Below are positions 12,651 to 27,600 of a stretch of DNA of 64,000 nt, one piece after another. The first letter of the stretch is position 1, and each line of letters begins with the position of its first letter. The stretch comes from Epiperipatus broadwayi. Taxonomy: Eukaryota > Animalia > Onychophora. The notes beneath the pieces were generated by a model. The model was not told the DNA's origin. It saw only the letters and a program-made list of their open reading frames with translations, and ran no database searches. The stretch spans positions 27,342,001 through 27,406,000 of the forward strand of contig JAQFVV010000001.1 of assembly GCA_028023455.1 (NCBI GenBank). Reading direction: 5' to 3'. The position numbers were made by a program, and so were the translations under genes.

Positions 12651-14074
12651 TAATTTTGATTCAAAATGAAAGACTATTTCATAATTTTTAATACATATTT
12701 ATAAAAGGAATAATTCATGAATTGTTTATTTAGTTCTATTGATATTCTGTTATGCTTTAGGTTATAGTAATAGAATTAAATTGTACAGTATTATATTTAT
12801 TATGATTATTAAAAATGGGAAGAGTTACTAGAAAAATTATAAGTTTTTATATTTTATTAATAATATATAAATAACAATGAAAAACTTTATATAACAACAA
12901 ATATTATATTACTTAATGAAAAAAGTTCTTTTGGCAGTGTTTCACTGCAAATGTTTACAGTGTTTTATATATAGTGACATTTACATTTTATTTGCTGAAT
13001 TCCTTTTTTTTAAAAAATCTTATGTAACTATCATAAACATTATACTGCAGTGGAAAAACAACTATATAGAGAAGCTAGCTAAACATAGTAATGATTTTTT
13101 TATATTCATATTTCACATTATTATTTATTGCTAATGTAAGATGTATTTAAATTTTTTTTTATAATCACAGCGAATATATATATATATACACCTCTAGGGT
13201 ATAAAGAATAGAAATGAAGATTTTGTCCATACAAACAGAGATAATCTTTGCTTTTAATATTGACAGAAAACTATCAATTACTGCTAATTGATAATCTCCC
13301 TGAGGCTAAATAAATTTTCTGCATAATACTTCTTTTATTGGGATTTATTGTTGAAGTAACTTTTACTTCAAACCCAAGTTGTTAAATGGATTTAAAACCA
13401 GAAAAACATTTTACGTAGGTGTGAGAATGTGAAAGAATAACATATTTTTTGACATTTTGCAAATAATACTTTCATTAAACTTCTTCAGAGAATTGTATAT
13501 GTTGAATTAAATATTCTTCATAAGTTATTATTCTAAGAAAGAATAAAAATATGTTGATTTTATCCATGTCTGTTTACATGGATAAATTTTCCTTATTTCT
13601 GCTCATTATTAGAATAACAATCCATGGAAAATATTTAATTCAACATATACAGAGTATATATTCAATGTATAAATGAAATACCCTAATGATAATGCACATG
13701 TGTATATATGCATCTCTGCTCATATACAATGCAATATGAATATATATACATACACATATAGTATATAATGTTCCAATCATGTTTAAATGTTTAATTATTA
13801 ATTAATTCTATAGATGTTTTATATACATACATATTTTTTTTCTTTATTATATTTAATATAATTAGTCTGTTAGCCTTTTTTTCTGCTAGAAACTTTATCA
13901 TTATATGAAGATTTAATATTTTTGGACAATCTACTTTGTGCCTTTACGTTAAATAATGAACATATAGAACTGATTTATCATTTGTGCTCTAATATTTGTT
14001 TTTTTCAAGTAGTTTTCTCATAATAAACCTTATCATATTTATACAGATTTATATTAATGATAAATAGTAGAGAA

Positions 14075-16470
14075 TATCAATCAATAGTATTCTGTCCCAT
14101 GGACAAGTCCACATCATCAGTTGATCCATTTTCCCACTCTATTCTCTTCATTGTCCAGTTCTTCAATTCCATGCAACTCTTCCTATTTCTTATATCATTC
14201 AACAATGACAATCTTTTCTGTCCTTTCTTTTTGTTTCCACTCATCATTACATTCAAAACATTTTTATTAAACTATACTTCTTTCTTAATATCTATATTCA
14301 ATCCATTTTCTTTTTCTAATTTCTTTACTCAAGCTTCCTTTTTTTATTTATTTTTTTCAAAACTTCATTTGTTATTTTATTCATACAACTGATTTTTTTT
14401 CCAAATTTTTTTTATATCCACATTGTCCACGTTTCACAACCATACATAGCATTTAATTAATCTTTTTTTGAATTCTGTCTTCAAGGGTCTACAAAACATT
14501 TTCTTTCTCTTAATAAATGCCTCATTTGCTTATGCTATTCTTCTTTTAACTTCATCTTCACTTCTTCCATTCTCATTCAGTTAATTACTCAAATATCTAA
14601 ATCCCTTTATTTGTTGAACTATGTTATCATGGATTTCAATTTGCAATCTTTTTATATTGCTACTTACTCATAAACACTTAGTCTTCTCAACAATAATCTT
14701 CATTCCATACATCCTTTTTCCAATTTATTCAATATATTCTGAAGACACTTTTCATCCTCAGCTATAAGAACCATAACATCTACAAATCTTATACATTTTA
14801 GTATGTTTCTCCAACATTTGTTTTTTCACAGTTTAAATAATTATTTAACATGTCTTGTAAATAAATATTAAAAAGTAGAAGTGACATACTGCATTCTTGC
14901 CTAACTTCTCTTTCTATATTCACTTCATCAGTCTTATTATTCTCCAATCTAATTCTTATCTCTTTGCCTAGTATATATATTACAAATCAATCTTCTCTCT
15001 TTCCAAAATACTCTTTTATTTTTAAAGATGGTCATATGTTTATTCCAGATTATTCTATCAAATGTTTTTTCCAAATCCACAAAACGTATATCAATTCCTT
15101 TATCATTTTCAATATATCTTTCTGCAATTGTTCTAATAATATTAGTAGCATCTCTTGTACTTGTCTCTCTCTGAAAACCAAACTGTTTTCCAATATAATA
15201 CTCTGTCTTTCCATAAATTCTTTGAGCTAAAATCCTCAATAAAAGTTTAGAAGCTCGAGATAACAAACTTATTGTCTTGTACTTTTCACATTTAACAGCA
15301 TTTTTTTTTTTTTTAGCAATTGGAATCATTATAGTCCTTAAAAAACTTCATGTCAAACTCCACTATTATATAACAAATTGTAAAGTCCAACTATTTCATT
15401 CATAGTAAATTCTCCCATTTCTTTCAAAAATTCTATAGGTATTGCATCAAATACAACAGCATTATCATTTTTCATTTGTGCAATTGATTTTATTACTTCA
15501 TCTAGCAATATGTTTTTATATCATCTACTTCAACTTTTTCATTTTCAAGTTCATAATTAATTGAATTATTTTCTTTTCTAAATGGATACTCTAAGATATT
15601 TTTTCTATCTTCTTAATATATCATTGCTAACACAATCTTTTTCTATTATCTGCAGTTTCATTTGCTAACTATATCTTTTTCTCCCCAGTGACATTTCTAA
15701 TTCTATCAAATATTAGATCATATCTTTTCACCTATTGAAGTATTTCTATCTCTCTACATTCTTGTTACAACTATTTTTCTTTTGCTAAATCTGTTTCTCT
15801 TTTTAGTTCATTATTAATTTTTCTATATGCATTTTTACCCTTCCTTAGTATTGACATTTATCTATCTTTTCAACTTATTCCAACGTTGCTTAATGTTTTT
15901 TAATCAAATAATGCTTTTTAATTTTTTGCTGTTTTTAATAATTTTTCTTTAATCCTACATCAACACTTGTCAGAACTATTAATATATTCTTTAGCTTTAT
16001 CAATTTTTTTTATTGCATTTTCACATAGTAAACCAAATTTTCCTTTTTCCATCTCTCTCAATTTATCTAAGCTCTGTCTTATGTATCATTCCCTGTTTTT
16101 TATTCTTTAATTTAGTCATAACAAAATTATGATTTTAGTTTATATCAGCATCAGGCAAAGCATGTGAACCCTTAATAGCATTTTTATATCTAACGTTCTC
16201 TACCAACCAGAGCTTTCTATGTATAAAATCTTCTTATTTGATTTTCAAAGTGTTTGCCATCTCAAACCCATTTTTTTTTACAAAATTGTATAAGCTGACT
16301 ACCTTTTTTATTTCTTTTTCCAATACTATAATTTCCAACAATATATAAATAGATAACATGTAATAATGATGTTTTTTTGATTGTTGTTTAATGTATATCA
16401 TAGTTATATGAAAAATAAAAGAATTATAGTGCAGAAAACAAAATCTAGATGTTACTATATATATATACAT
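14075..16470 (-). mobile_element. Decayed RTE-clade LINE (end of EN domain, RT, 3' end), 5' part lost
   Basis: ORF 14949-15329 (KCEKYKTISLLSRASKLLLRIL...QFGFQRETSTRDA...FVDLEKTFDRI) is typical RTE RT. The EN C-terminus (NGFEMANT) is at ~16250, and a short (TTGA)n-like tail is at ~14075. Confidence 0.88.
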
Positions 16471-16513
16471 TTATGTAAACATTCCCAGTAATATATATTG
16501 TAACAGAATAAAT

Positions 16514-19500
16514 ATGTGCCTGGCTATCATTAATAAAAATAACAAGTATAAGCTGCATCCTAGCAGCAAGGCTATAACAGACTATCAGGGCAAGAAAATA
16601 AAACTCCTGGGTCAGACGAGAGTCAAAGGGACTGAGTCTAATAAAACTACATATCTACCACTGGTAGTGACATCTGGTAGATATAGTAATTTATTAGGCC
16701 GTGACTGGTTCAGTCACTTAGGGTTTGCGGTGACAAAGGGCAATCAAGTCACAACGCTTAGTAAGTTAAAGAATGATTACCCTAAAGTTTCCAAAAAAAA
16801 CCTAGATGTATATTTAGAACAACAAATTCACTATTGATCATTTGACGGTGCAGATCACTCACTGGCATTGAGAGCTAAAGTTGAGGTAGAGCTTGAAAGG
16901 TAGGAGGCAATTGGGATGATAGAACTCATATCGTACTCTGAATGGGCCACCCAATATCAAAGAAAATGGTGATGTGCGAATGTGTGGGAATTATCAATGC
17001 ACGATTAACAGAGCATTAGCATCATATAATTATCCTCCATCTTCAATTAAGCAAAACCTATCCACACAATCATGTTGAAGGGTTTTTACTAAAATTGACT
17101 TGAAACATACATACTTGTAGCTACCAGTCAATGATCAGGCAGCAAGATCATTGTCAATAATAACTCATAAAGTTTTATTTAAGATGAACTGGTTGCCTTT
17201 TGGTATATCGGTCACCCCAGCTATATTCCAGAGTGGATCAACTGGCTGCTGGAATACCGGGGGCTCTACCTTGCTTTAATGATTTCTTACTGTTGGCTTG
17301 GACTCCAGAACTGCTCTGGAGTTCCACTAAAAAACTCCTTGATAAGTTCAAAGCAGCAGGCATAAGAGTAAACTGGTATAAGTGCATATTCGAAGTCAAA
17401 TAACTTGAGTTTTTAGGATTTAGGGTAAATGCAAGTGGCATTCATCCTACACAAAAGAAAGTTATCACAATTAAAAAAGCCAAAACACCAAGTAACAAGA
17501 AAGAATTACAGTCCTTCTTGGGATTCAAATTACTATGAAGGGTTTTAATATAAAACTGGCAGCTGAACCACTCATTATACAGGCTACTGGATAAAAAAAA
17601 CAACGTAGAAGTGGGACAGCAATCATGATAATGCCTTTGAAAAAATGAAAAACCTAATATCTGAAACAGAAGTGCTGGCAGACTTTGACCCTGAAAAGGT
17701 GCTGGTACTAACATGTGATGCTTCACTAGTAGGAACAAGTGCGGTGTTGTTCCATAGAAATGATGATGGGTCATACTACCCTGTTGCATTTGTATCAAAG
17801 TGTCTCTCGAAGGCTGAGAAAAATTATGCCCAGATTGATAGAGAGGCTCTGACTTTGATTAATGGCATTAAGAAATTTCATGATTATCTTTATGGTACAT
17901 CATAGATCCCTGTTGGGCATCTTTGCAGCCGACTAAGGAATTCCTCAGCATGCCTCACCACAAATGCTGAGGTGGTTTAATTTTTTGTCAGGATATAATT
18001 TTACTCTACAATACATTGATGGATATTCCTCATGCAGATGCATTAATTTGTTTGCCTCCTGAGTCTGCAGACAAGCTAACTACAGCAAGTTGGGTCATTT
18101 AACATAATTGATTTGTGGACAAATACACCATTGAACAGTAAATCTGACCGAGTGGACCATAAATGATCCTGGGCTCCAAATAGTTCAAAAATGGACTCAG
18201 CAGGGTTGGTCAAATAGGAAACCAGAGGAATTGCATCTGGTCTACTGGACATGAAGGCTGGAGCTATTATCTGGGGATCCAGCTGGACGATCCAAAGTGC
18301 TCAACATGTTACATAATGCGTATGCAGGGATAGTCCAAATGAAGATGCTAGCAAGGTCATATGTATGGTGGCCAACTTTGGACATGGATATTAAGTCTAA
18401 AATCCATAATTGCTGGCATTGCAAAGTGAATCAGAATATGCCAGTGAAAGATAAAATAGTTCACTGGCCTAGACCTAAAGACTTCTTGACTAAACTCCAT
18501 GTGGACCAGGCTGGCCCATGGAAAGGCAAACTACTATTAATAATAGTTGATTCATATTCTAAGTGACTGGAGGTTAAGTGACTGAAGGTAGGGGAAGTTC
18601 CATCACTCTGGACCACTTCAACAATAGTTAGGAGGCTACTTGCTACCCATGATCTTCCTAAAACAATAGTCTGAGATAATGCACAACATTTACTGCAATG
18701 GCATTTAAAAACTTTTGTGACAATAATGGCATTGAGCTAGTTTTCAGCCCACCACTTCATCCTGAAAGCAATGGCCAAGCTGAAAGATTGATTCAAGAGA
18801 CAAAAAATTGCTCACAAAGATGGACACTGGAAGCTGGAACACCTGTATGGCCAGAATGTTGTTATCACAGCTCTCCACACCAAGTACAGTAACGGAGAAA
18901 ACTCCAGCTGCCCTGCTGTTTAATAGTACATTGCAAACTAACTTATCAGCTCTGAAATCTGATCCAAATGATGGAAAACAAGAAAAAGACAATATCAAAT
19001 CGCAAATAGGAATGAACGTGTTATGCAGAATGTATAGTGGATCCACTAAATGGATCATGGCAGTCATGACCTAGCATAAATGACTTCACACTGTAGTAGT
19101 CGAAACAGTAGCTGGATGTCAAAATTATCACCATCAAATCAACTTAGTCTGAATTATACAGATGCAGCCACAATGAATGAATCTCCAGGGACAAGGATTG
19201 CAAGAAAAGAGGACCAACAAATCGAAGATGGCAGCAAACCAGAAGAACCACCGAAGCGGATTAACCATCCTCCAGCACACCTGCATGACTATGTTCTCTA
19301 GGGCTAATATTTAGCCAGGGGGAGGGATGTTATGGTTCTTCTTTCCCTCAGAATTGGACTGTTCCAGATTCACTTTATCTGATAGGATTAAGCAATGTTT
19401 GCTGTTGGCCAATAGGCTAATGTACAGCTAAACACATAGCCACTAATTAGTACAGGCCAATAAGCAGTGATGATTGCTGAATCCGAATGCTCCAATGAGG

Positions 19501-19890
19501 TTAGGGATCTGGCTATAAATAATCAGCCTTTTGGAGGGAAAGGGAGAGAATGTCTATCTAACCTACAAAGACGGTACACATTCTCCAGGAGAAGCCCTGT
19601 TAACCTAAACAGCAGTAAGCATTTTTATGATAGCTATATGCTATTTGTCCACACAGCTATGTAAGTCCACATAAGGACCAGATACGGCTAAGACTAGCTG
19701 ACTTGATTCAAGATGTCTGGTATAGCTATCAGTTATAGCTGGAAACAGTAGACTGTGATGACTTGGATCTAAGAGTTCACATTAGAACTATATTATTCTA
19801 TATTTTGTAAATATAATAAATATTATATTAATTATAATACTGGTGCTAGTGTTATTTTCTGTAGATTGGGTCTGTATTCCAGACCAAACA
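16514..19890 (+). mobile_element. Ty3/Gypsy LTR retrotransposon (K02A2.6-like pol), 5'-truncated, with PPT and 3' LTR
   Basis: Protease end LLGRDWF; RNase H CDASLVGTSAVL...KNYAQIDREAL; integrase LHNAYAG...ARSYVWWP...C..C, LHVDQAGP and HPESNGQAER. PPT AGGGGGAGGGA at 19317-19327. Many stops and frameshifts. Confidence 0.93.
19328..19890 (+). repeat. 3' LTR of the Gypsy element (~563 bp, TGTT...AACA)
   Basis: Starts TGTTATGG directly after the PPT and ends CCAAACA. No second copy in the window, so the 3' boundary is inferred from the terminal dinucleotides. Confidence 0.7.
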
Positions 19891-20759
19891 CAATAGTGCC
19901 CATGTTGTCGGATGCCATTTGTAACTGAATAAAAATATAGGTTATACTACACTCCTAGTCATGTCTAATTATTGATCACCATTATAACAGAATGAACCAA
20001 GGAAGAACAATTCTAATTTAATAATGCTCGTGGATTATAACATCATTTGTAGCAGAATGAAATTAATAAACTAAGCTAAATGAATGATCAATCAATGAAT
20101 AACAATCTATGCTGTAACCTAATGAATTTAAACACCATTTAGAACAAATAGAAGCAATCAAAATCATTATTTCAAACTATTCTAAAATATGAGTGTTATT
20201 TGCATTGGATTAAAGATAAAACAATAAAACCAAATATCATTAACTTATAAATAACGATCTATGTCTATTATGCAATCTGCTTATAATATAATAAAAATAA
20301 TGACAAAGAATTAGACAGATAAACCTTAATATTCCTTTTGAGTCAAAGCAAACTTATACCAACAGTCAAACATTATTTTATTTATATTTAAATGAAATAA
20401 TTCATGGTTGGATTAATTTTAATATGCCTTACAAATCTAAAATATTAATGATATCTAAATAAATAGATTACTCAGTAATTGATTTCCAATTACAACCAAA
20501 TAAAATCAAATGTAATGCTAACTCAGCTGTACTATTACACTAATAAATATGCTGCAAAAATATAAATTTAAATTTAGGAAAAATAAATCATTACTTAATC
20601 TAAAATTATACTACTATTTATATCAGTAAAACTATACATTTTAAATGAGAAAATTTTTTTTTAGCAATAATAATGATAAATATAAGCAAATAACCTGAAT
20701 AATAGTTTTTAAATACGACATTTCCAAAATAGTATTATAGTTCTAATGCCTATTTCTTA

Positions 20760-21500
20760 AACCACAATCTGACAATCTTTTGTTATTCCAGAAAAAGGAG
20801 AAGTATCACCAAAAGCTATTAGATTCAAAGAATATTTTATTAATTCCAATATTTACTATATATCCAAATTATTTTTTCATTCAGCAGATATTTGATCTAT
20901 ATAATGTTATAAGTATGCAAGTACTAATTTATATCCACGACGATGCAATGTAGATATCTTTTCATTTACGAAGTAATTAATTAATAAAACATTGCAAGTG
21001 AACAGACACTAGTTTCATCCATGATGATGCTATGGAAATTGAACTCATTTATATTTTATGTACAAATAATCCTTCATGTTATCTTTGTGTACATTTTTCT
21101 ATTGTTAGCATTTAGATTTCATCATTGAAAAATAAATAATATCTGTTTTTAAAGCAAGAAACATTTCATGGTTTTTAAAAATGCTAAGAATTAATTTTTA
21201 TATTTTCAATAAATTGTCACCTCTCACAAATTTGACGATCCTGTCAAGCCAACGGATGAACATTATTGCTTTCACCCCATTATTTTATCCATTTTATAGT
21301 TATATACTTAAGCAAAAAAAAAAAAATACATGAAGGAAGTAAGATTCACTTCTACTGAAGCCAAGATAAGAGAGATTGTTTTATCTGTTTAGTTTTATTT
21401 ATAAACTTTTTTCATTCGACCAAAGAGAAACCATAGCAACTCTCTGTAGTAACTCTGGTCAATTCTAGCCAACGTTCCATAAATAAAAATCTTATTACAC
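20760..21500 (-). mobile_element. Probable decayed hAT (ZMYM1-like) transposase fragment
   Basis: Minus strand reads FHSIIMDETS (cf. FSIIADETTD of hAT transposases) near 21020, preceded by RWLDRIVKFVRG. Heavily disrupted; no TIRs found. Confidence 0.5.
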
Positions 21501-22429
21501 AATAATGACAAATAAAAAATAATATTTCACAATTATTATGTATAATAAATATTTACGTTTTTAAAATACAAATATAGATTTTTTTCATTCCAACATAAAT
21601 TAAGCAGCTAGGATTATATTCTTTAATATTGCAATGGAAATATACCCTTTATACATATCTTTCAAATATAATATTATACAAATAAAATAAAAAACATATT
21701 TGACACATTAAACATTTAGATATATTATTTATCAGTTACTATTGTGAATGCAGTAATGAAAATATATATAATAAAGAAAGAATAATAATTTCATCAATAC
21801 TATAAACTTTGTTATTTATACATTCATTTTTATAGTGAATAAAGTCAATTCACAATTTTTACAAACTACAATTAGTAATAAACATTCCTTTTTCCAATAT
21901 ATGTTGTCATAGCAACACAATCCAATGCTTTCAAGATAATATATTCACCATTAAAATCAAACAAGAAGAGAAAAAATTTTTTTTTACAACTAACATATAT
22001 GGGAATTTATTTCAAATTTTAGTAGGTACAATGTATATATAATGTTGTACTGAAGAAGATAATGAAACATAATAAAAAAAAAAAACTATTTGTTGTTATA
22101 ATTATAATTTATTTTACAAAACATTAATTTAATTAATAATTTTTCATTAAAAATACAACTAAAGGACGAAAAAAAATAAAAAAATAAGGAAGGGAACCCT
22201 AAATAAAACTAAAACAAAAAAATAAGAAAAAAAAAGAAATTTTTAATGTCATTATTTTACAGATATATAAAATTACATAATGGATTATATTTATATCTAC
22301 TTTATGATTTATTAATAATGTATTTATAGTAATCTTTCCATGTCTTCACAATCCAATTTGATTTTCTTCAAATCTGTAGTACAGAAAACTTTTTATGAGA
22401 TCATATTTATATTTTTAGTTATTGCACAC

Positions 22430-24150
22430 TGAGAATATACTTTTGAGAGCAGTGAATTTTAATTATTTTTCTTAAAAATATAAAAATCTTAATATTCCTT
22501 ACTTTGGAAAGTTATTATAGATAGAGAGAATTGACTTATAACTAAGAGCTTTGCTAAAATTATTTGAGATTTCTGAAGCTTAGAAAGACTAAAAATCATA
22601 AAGTTTGGAACTCGTTTTTGTTTCCATGTGGGTAATCTGGTAAATGGACTTCTATACTTTATTTTCTAAAATATTTAAACAGTGCTAATTGACTTGGGAA
22701 ATGGAATTTATTTATTTTATCTCTTTTCTATATGTAAGATTCTATCATGGTCTTCATACAAATTCTTAAACTGAGATGAATTAGAGAGAGAAAAGGTAAA
22801 CAGGAGATTATAGAATTTATTCAAGAACTTTTAAAGTTAGTTTTACATATGAGAATCTCATGCATATAACATATAACAAATGACATCTGCAGAATAATTA
22901 GTATTTGATGTTTCATGAGGATTTTGTATGAAGGTTGTATTAGAGTTCTGGAGTAGGGAGAAAGTAAATTTGATTGAGCTATTTTCTAACCATATAGAGA
23001 TTAAATATAAAAAAATTATTAAATTTTTTCTAGAAGCATTTTTTGAATGAATATTGCTCTGGAAAGGTCTGGTCTTTTTAAAGAAACTATTCAAGCTTTA
23101 AAACTGAGAGGAAATGCACAAAGAATTTTGCAATAGGTAGTATAATTTTGCCAGAACAGATTTATGCCTATAAAGGAATTCTTCAAGATGAGATTAAGCA
23201 ACAGCTTAGTTTTATATAGGAAGAAAAAAAAAAACAGTTCAATTCAACATTTGAATGAGATCATATATTTAAGAGTGATTTGAATAATGTAAGAATCTGA
23301 GATTTAGAAAGTAATGCAAGTTGAGCTAAAAGCATACAATAAAAATTGGAAATAACCTTGTAGTGAAGAAATTTGAATTTAACAGAATTAAGAAGTAGGT
23401 TAAGTCACACACTTTGAATGAACGATTTTATAAATAAAATGAAAAAGAGAAATATAATATTCATTTTGTAGTAGATTAAATAGGGTTGAATGTAGAAAAT
23501 TCAGGTTAGGAGAACATATATCAAATTGGTATATGACTAGATGTTTGGAAAGAGATCATATATTTAAAACTATATCCTTGCAAAGATAAAGATGATTCTC
23601 ATTAGGAAAAAAATAAAGCCAAGAATATTAGCAAGATGAAATGTTGATTAAACTCAAGAACAAAGTGGATTCATGTTTTCATTTCATTGTTTTAATCTGT
23701 GGGGTAGTTTAAATGATAGAATCTGAAAGATAATGTTTTGGAAATATTGAATTATCTTTCAATATTCTTTGATGGTGTCTAAAGATCCACAGAGCAATGA
23801 AAGTATAAGCATGAAAGAAAGTATACTTATTTGATCTCATATAAGAATGCATTGGATCTTCAGGATGGATATGTTAAGTAGTTACATTCATTCTTATTTA
23901 ACAAGTGGAAAGTTTGAATTTTGAGATAAAGAAGAATAAACTTTGTATATGGAAAATTAAAGGATTGTGCAGTTTTTGTTGAAGAAGAGAACATTAGACA
24001 TGTATTTAATAGTTATATGAAATAATAAAATTGAGAAACAAAATTAAAGAGGAGTTATTTGCTGTATAATATTATTCATAGGTTGTACTTTTTTTTTGTT
24101 AATGTTGGATAAAAGAAATCAGTTGGAATTATGATATTTTAAGATTAGAT
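22430..24150 (-). mobile_element. Very decayed non-LTR retrotransposon (EN and start of RT; I/Jockey-like)
   Basis: Minus-strand remnants TSSHIPI (cf. GSDHFPI of APE EN) at ~23530 and FPSQL (cf. FPSQW of RT) at ~22695. No intact frame. Confidence 0.35.
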
Positions 24151-24449
24151 AAACAAGTTCATTTAATTAATTAAGGTACTTCTCTTCCATTTTTCTTTTT
24201 CATATTTAGCTATAAAAAAAAAAAAAAGATTATATGACAAGATCAATAGTTGATTCTAGATTTGTTAGTCAAATAAAAATATTATGTCATTCATTGGTTG
24301 CAATTTGCCAAGACTTTTTTATTGATAAAAATTATAAAAATTCAAATCTTTTTAAAAATTATATGCAGTTTATTAGTAATGCTGATTTCTTTTAATGTTT
24401 TTTAATAAAAGGAATATCTTTTATAATATTTTCCAAATTTTTTTTAAAG

Positions 24450-24619
24450 GTTTGCACAGTTTTTTCTTTGCCCATTGTTTACGGAGAGTGCCACAGATCG
24501 AGAAGTGAATGCTGTTAACTCTGAAAATGATAAAAATTTACAAAATGATCATTGGCGTCTGTATCAGCTTGAACGGTCAACAGCCAAACCTAATCATGAT
24601 TTTAGCAAATTTGGAACTG
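24450..24619 (+). CDS. IDE: IDE coding exon ([58 protein letters not shown]), 170 bp
   Basis: TAAAG acceptor and G|GTAAG donor. In frame with both neighbouring exons, with a strong match to IDE. Confidence 0.97.
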
Positions 24620-27600
24620 GTAAGAAAAAAAAAAATTATCTGTGTAGCAAAAATGAAATAAATTATAAATTATGTTTCAGCTCTTTTAGCAGTTTGATTG
24701 TATATCTTTAGTATTTAAACTCAGATCTTGAGATTTTAAATTATCTTAATCATCAAGCAATGTCCTCTGTATTTTCTTGTTAAAAATTTATGATATAAAT
24801 AAATTAGCTGAAAATAAAATTTTGCAAGTCATAAGAAATGATAATTCTATTTGTATTGATAAAGAATTTAATTATTAAATTACTAAAGTGCAAAATTAGG
24901 AATAATGAATTGGAATTGTCCAAATTTTCTGTGATAAAAATGAAAATTAAAATTTGCATAAAAAAGAATTTAGTAGTTTAGCAGATTTCTTGTCAAGCTA
25001 AATTTCAGTGAAAATTGTTTAATAATAGTCTTTCTAATAATAATCAAGAATTATATAGAATTGACTTAAGTAATGGCAATTTTGGTATAAATAAAATTAT
25101 TCTGTTGACATTAGTGTAATATTTATCAGTTAGATAACTGCTCTATTTTATAAATTTATAGCTCACAAATTCTATATGTTAAAATTTTTGTGAAATTTAA
25201 TGATTACTGACAACTGATATTTAATACTCAAACTTCTGTGTTAGTCTCCAATGAAAGCATTGATAAAATAAACATTTTTTTTTTTTTAAAAGCCCTTTTA
25301 TTTATATTACTTGGTACCATTAGTCAATTCTGTTGTTATATAAAACTTTTCTCCCATCAAAAGTTTTCTATAAATTGTCTACAAATTTGTTGAAAATAAA
25401 AAATATAGCAGAGGTATTGACTAATATCATGAATAACTTCAAATTGTGTCTCACAGATACTAAATCCACAGTTGATATTAAACTTGTTTATATGATTCTC
25501 ATCTTTGAAAAGTGAAAGAACTGTTTGACAGGAGATATACTTTTATTTCAACCAAAATCTTAATGTATATAATTTATTATGTACACTTAAAACAGGTAAG
25601 TTATTTTTATTTGATATTTTAGTAACTAATATTGAAAAGTAATGGAAATTACTCTAGATTTAAAGTTTATTTGTGTTGCTCATTGGTAATTAATTTCTAT
25701 CTATGAAAATCCTGTGATAAAAATCCAATTCCTAATTCAGGATTGGAAAATTCTTTTCAGGATTGCAATCTAACCATCACTTACTGTAATTTTCTCAAAT
25801 ATTTGAACCTTGTAAACAAATTATTATAAACTATGATTAGTTTTTATGAATTCTTATCAACTCTTGTGGATTATTGCATTATGTTTAAATGATTACTTGT
25901 TTATTTGGAAATTTCAATTTTTTTTTTTTTCTAATTTACATTTGGTTTATGATTAATTGTGTAACTTCAGATTACTAATCTTTTTAAAGTGAATATGAAT
26001 AAATTGACTACAAAATTGAAATAAATCTGACAATGTAAAATTTGTTAATATAAATTTATTAACATATATCTTTATAAAGCTAAACTAATAGTAAATTAAT
26101 TATCTTTTTTATTTGCATTAATTATTATGATTTATAATTTCTCAATTATTAATTATGAAAGTTATAGAAGCTATAGAAATTATTGGAATTCTAATTATTC
26201 CCATGTTATTTCATGGGACCAATATAGACAGGTACTACTAGTGAAATTTATTATGTTTGTATTAAATAAATAGACAAACAAATAAAAATAAATGTATCAT
26301 AAAATATTTTTTAAAATTAGAATATTAAATTCTGAAATAATATTTCTTTAACCTATGATGATCTTGAGAAATGAAATAAATAATCATTTTAATAACTTTT
26401 ATTTTTTTTATATAATGAAAACAGTTAGCTTATAATATTTTAAATGTGTGTCGCAGTATCTTGGCTGCTATTTTAGTGAAAGAAATTGAATATCTACTTT
26501 ATTGACAATTGTTCATGTTGAGGATAGTTACATAAGCATGAAAATGTACAATATAATAAGATAGTTTCACTTAAAATAAAATATTTTCGCAGTTTTTTCT
26601 ATAGAGGGCAGCAGGTTAAAGATGTTAAATTAATTGAATAATCTGTTTCATAGAAAATTTAAAAAAAAAAAAAAAAGAGAAATGATAAAAATAACTAAAG
26701 AACCATTAAGAAATAACAATACTATTTAATGGTGGTTAAATGCTAGAAAAGAAAAAAGTGAAAATAAGAAATAAAAAACCATGTCTTACATTTCATATTC
26801 TTATATCAGGGTATGTAAATAACTAGTCTTCAATACATTTTTATTCTGTATTATTTAATTGTAATTTTATATTCAACAAATTTTGTCTTTCTAACAGAAC
26901 TTTTAGCAAACATTAATTTATATATCTGAATTTTAGCAGAAGATGAATAATATGATTTCACACGCACACACGCATGCACACATTTAATATTTTGAAAACC
27001 ATATCTTCATCTCAGTCAAAATATGAAATAGTATTTTTTATTTTACTGATAATGTAGAAAATTAACTTGTTGTTCAGAAAATAGTAATGTTCAACAGTAG
27101 CACCTGTTAAGATTTTTGTGTAATACAATTTAATTAAAAATCAAAAACGAGCTTGAAAATATTTTTTTTGTTTTATCAGCACATTTTTACTTATTTGTTA
27201 ATATCTTCGGGTTTGAGCAGAATAAGAGAAACATTTGTTGTATTAAGCCTATTACATCATCAAATATAAAGATGGAAATACATACCAATGTAGTATTTGA
27301 TAAATTAACTTTTAGCTTCATAAATCTGGAAGAGGAAATGATAGATTTGAGGTGCCATATTTTATACAGCATTGGTGTTTTAAAGCGTTTGAATTGTTTA
27401 ATGTTTAAAGATTAGCTTCTTATCAGAAATTTTTGTCTTCACTAAAAAATGGGAGAATAAAACTTGTAACCATTGAGAGACTGATATTTTATTTACAACT
27501 TTATGACTAAAAACACAATGTCAAAATCAATTCATATCTAAATATTTTGTTGTCTTTCATGAATTAATAAAGCAAAATAATTATGATAGGTGCTATTTCA

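Noticed and set aside
14075-14125. Minus-strand CTGATGA...GAAT hammerhead-like motif
   Set aside because: It lies in the coding C-terminus/3' end of the RTE LINE, has GAAT rather than GAAA, and has no room for helix III.
14057-15230. Plus-strand ORFs 14057-14392 and 14964-15230
   Set aside because: Antisense shadows of the LINE, with low-complexity Phe/Leu/Ser-rich products.
22050-22075. CTGAAGA-agataat-GAAA motif
   Set aside because: No helix II, III or I pairing; expected by chance in AT-rich DNA.
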